NCBI GenBank assembly: GCA_024137785.1
Contig: JAHRHZ010000021.1
Location: 45,106,051-45,170,050 of the forward strand
From: Ginglymostoma cirratum
Taxonomy: Eukaryota
Reading direction: 5' to 3'
Length of the DNA stretch: 64,000 nucleotides
Part shown: piece by piece, positions 60,480-64,000 of the stretch
Position numbering within the stretch: position 1 is the stretch's first letter
How the letters are laid out: each line of letters starts with the position of its first letter
Notes under the pieces: generated by a model
Databases searched by the model: none
What the model was told of the DNA's origin: nothing
The model's input: only the letters and a program-made list of their open reading frames with translations
Made by a program: the position numbers and the translations under genes

Positions 60480-63400
60480 AAATGTAGAAGTTTAATTTGA
60501 CACAGGAATTTACACTGAAGATACTATTGTGTCCCAAGTTTAGCAGAATAGAAAATGATACCTACAATAATGTAAAGATTTATTACCCAAGTGATCATCT
60601 TACTTGTGTTGAAAGCCGAAGAGTTTATAATTTGATGGCATCCTTTAAAATAAATGTTAGGGATTGGCATATGATCATGAAAATTATAGCTATATCTAAT
60701 AAATATGGGAAGGAAGGCATCTACCATGCAACTGCATGTCATTACAGTAAGTGCGAGGGTCCATTTGTTAATAGTAGGGAGGTAAAATGCAATAATTGTG
60801 GAGGGATAGATGTAAAATTTAAAACCAAAAGTGGTTTAGGACAGTATAAAATGCATTAACATGCAGAAGTTCATAAGAGCGAAAGAATAATTAAAACTGA
60901 GAATCTAAAAAGGATGATGAAAAGTCAATTTGGCTTAAAGAATCGGCCTTCTTTAAAAACTAAAAACAGAATATGATGGCCATCATGCTAGCATCAGATG
61001 CTAGAATAGCGAAAATTCTTTCCAATAAGACCTATAAAAATATTTTGGCTAAGAGAAGAAGTGCCAAGTTTATAAAACTGAAAGTTTGGTTATGCCTCCA
61101 TAACTAGTAATTATCAATGAAATTAAAGACCCCATTAATTGGGACGAAATTGAAGATGTACAACAAAGAGCACTTGTACCTGAAAATGTAAATTCATAAG
61201 ACAGATTCAAGAACATTGCAAAAAGGAAAACAATATATTTGGACTTATTGAGGCTAACTTACAGATAACAGTAAGGATAGGAAATCCCTGATTAGTGGGA
61301 TGAATGAAAATGAAAGCTTAATAACTGAAGGAAATAAATCAAATTTCAGAAGTAGATAATAAGAATAGGATGAGTCAATAGAAAGCAAGGCAGATATAAA
61401 CAGAACGTTTTTACAATTTTCAGCATGAGAAAAAGATTTGCCTGGAAAAATTCACATTCAGGACGACACAATCATTGTATTAAAAGGACAAAAGGGCACT
61501 AGCGAGAAGAGTTATGGGTGACTCTGATTAAATTGAAGATCTAGAACTATGTTTTAAATTAAATTATCTGTGAGTAACAACAAAATTGATGTTGGGAAGT
61601 TCTCAATCAGTAATAACGATACAAATGAGAAAGGTTTAATGGGTGATACTACTGAGAATTAGGTGAGTGAGAGTATTGAGGAACTGAAAATCAGTACTGC
61701 CTCCTGCCTGGATAAATTAATACAATAGATATCAAATACTTATTTATTTCAAATCCTATACTTTTTTTTTAAAGTCTATTAATTAAAATAGCTATAATGT
61801 CACACAAGTTCAAGATAGGGATAACATAGTGTGGAGCCGGAGGAACACAGCAGGCCAGGCAGCATCAGAGGAGCAGGAAAGTTGATGTTTCGGGTCGGGA
61901 CCCTTCTTCAGAAACGGGGGATAGAAGGGAGCTCTGAAATAAATAGAGAGAGGAGGGGTGGGGCTGGGGAAGGTAGGTGGGATGGTGATAGGTGAGTACA
62001 TGAAGGCAGTGGTGGGGATTGGTCAGTGAGGTGGGAGGACCAGATAGGCGGGAGAGAAGATAAGCAGGTTGTGTCAGGTTAAGGAGGTGGGGATGAGAGG
62101 GTGGGTTGGTCATGGAATGAGGCCAGGGGTGGGGAGATTTTGAAACCAGTAAAGTCCACGTTGAGGCCATTGGGTTGTAGGCTCCTGGGGTGGAATATGA
62201 GGTGCTGCTCCTCCAGTTTCCGGGTGGCGTCATTGTGACACAGGAGGAGGCCCAGGATGGACATGTTGTCCAGGGAGTGGGAGGGGGAGTTGAAATGGTT
62301 CGTAAACTTTCCTGCTCCTCTGATGCTGCCTGGCCGGCTGTGCTCCTCCAGCTCCACACTCTGTTATCTCTGACTCCAGCATTGGCAGTTCTTATTATCT
62401 TCAAGACAGGGAGGATGGTTTTAATTCCAAAATTTGAAGAGCCATTCATTTTTAGAAAATTGATCATTGGAGGCCTATTACAATTGGCTTTGTTTTATTA
62501 CATTTATTTATTAAAATGATGGCCAAAAGGTTGTCAAAAGCAATTAGTATTGGCACTTCATAAAAAGAATTTACCGCAGGTACAACTGGTCGTTGTGAAA
62601 ATGTCACAATCCTACAAAATCGTTTATAGGGTGCAAAAAGAAAGGAGCGTTATATTCATTAATGTGGCCATGTTCCTCGATACTATTGATCACAAATTGA
62701 TTCTTAGGAGCTTACAAAGATTCAGTATGTGTTCTAAATTGTTTAAATTTATTCAAAATGTATCACGATTTTATATAGGTGTGTGTGTATTTATACATCA
62801 ATGTATATGATATAGTTATGGAATGTGACATAATAAACAATATTACTTTTAATCCTTAAAGGAGTTGAAGTGATCCTCTAAAATCACTATAATTTAATGT
62901 TGTAAGGGGTGTTTTGTTGTGTACTCTGAAGGAGAAATGTACCAGTTATCAAAATTTTCAATCATAGTAAATTAGTAATTTGTATATCCCTTGCTTTTTC
63001 TGACAATTTTGCTTTAAACGGCTGATATGTTAGCATGAGCACAAATTTTGAGATTTTTTACAAATTTCTGTTAAAGACAGTCCTGAAAATTAACATCAAA
63101 AAGATTGCTTTGATTTATGTGATTTGTAAAATCAAATCATTTCATTTCAATAATGAGAAACAGTAGCTCTTAAATGGACTGGGTTAGCTCAATAGATTCC
63201 AGGAACGTTGTAGGGGCCCATAAATTCCTGAGCAGGAATTAAAGATGATAACTGAGAAAGTATATTGCAAAATTGGATTAATAACTTTATATTATCAGTG
63301 TTAAAACCTACCCAGCAGTTAGAAATGTTAAAATTATGTATGATTGTGATGTTCTATTACCTTTTAATATTTAATGACATATCCCAAACACTCTTAAAAT

Positions 63401-63770
63401 TTGATGTCGTTTTTAAAAAATAGAAAAGACCAAGCTATGGGTCCCTGCCATAATTACTGATTCTCCACACAAGACGCTGGAATGAGACTTCCAAAGTTTG
63501 AAACCCAAACACCTTCTGCAATAATTAAAATATTGGACTCCTTGAATGAATTATCAGACTGAATGATTCAAGGTTTACTTACTCACAGGAGTGTGAACAT
63601 AGTCAATAAATTGGAGACTTTAAAATTTAATAAGTCCTACAGGTGGTTCAGGAAGGAGCTACAAAGGAGTTGTACTACACAAGTGGCTTGAGATTACAAT
63701 TCAGCCAGTGAAGTCATCAGGTCTTCAATAAACCAAGTCGAAAGAAGAACCAAACACATCAACATGGTAC
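60480..63770 (+). mobile_element. Decayed R2-family non-LTR retrotransposon (zinc fingers, Myb, RT), interrupted by a Penelope insertion
   Basis: In order: YHATACHYSKC (60722), CNNC..FKTKSGLGQYKMH (60788), IAKILSNKTYKNILAKRR (61006), STASCLDK (61693), GRMVLIPK (62409), HWRPITIGFVLLHLF..MAKRLSKA (62465), FINVAMFLDTIDH, ISLAFSDNF (62984), LKPTQQLEML (63301). Confidence 0.8.
61822..62399 (-). mobile_element. 5'-truncated Penelope-like element with inverted pLTR (62303-62399) and 13-bp TSD
   Basis: NHFNSPSHSLDNMSILGLLLCHNDATRKLEEQHLIF..SLQPNGLNVDF (GIY-YIG C-terminus). TSD ttcaagataggga (61809-61821) and ttcaagacaggga (62400-62412). Confidence 0.85.
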
Positions 63771-64000
63771 GTGGGGGTTGGGGGAGGGTGATGGTTGGAG
63801 CTTCATAAATCGCCTACTTTGCACATTCATGGTGAAGGTTTCTCCCCATTTGTTTGACATCCATTACCCAATAAATTATCTCAATTCAATTTTCTTTTGT
63901 TTACTCACACGATGCGGGCATCACTGGCTAAGCCAGCAATTATTGCCCATTCCAACTCGCCGAGAGGGCAAGGGTCTACATTGCTGTAGGTCTGGAGTCA

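Overview
Vertebrate genomic DNA from a cartilaginous fish, inferred to be a shark from its HE1/V-SINE, DeuSINE and CR1/HER1-type repeats. The window is almost entirely intronic sequence of a minus-strand group III metabotropic glutamate receptor gene most similar to GRM8. Two coding exons are visible: 41831-41970, and the 936-bp cysteine-rich/7TM exon at 39237-40172. The rest is a dense, nested set of transposon relics: CR1, L2, Rex1 and Zenon-like LINEs, tRNA-derived SINEs, Penelope-like elements with minimal hammerhead-ribozyme cores, Harbinger relics and MITEs, solo LTRs and a probable BEL/Pao relic. The most unusual item is a ~3.3-kb decayed R2-type retrotransposon (three zinc fingers, Myb, RT; clade-A architecture) lying in this intron rather than in 28S rDNA (~60480-63770). 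Next are short fold-back Penelope-derived insertions with 13-15-bp target duplications whose inversion point falls at or next to the hammerhead core. All family calls were made by eye from motif recall, with no database search, and repeat boundaries are approximate unless a TSD or splice site is cited.
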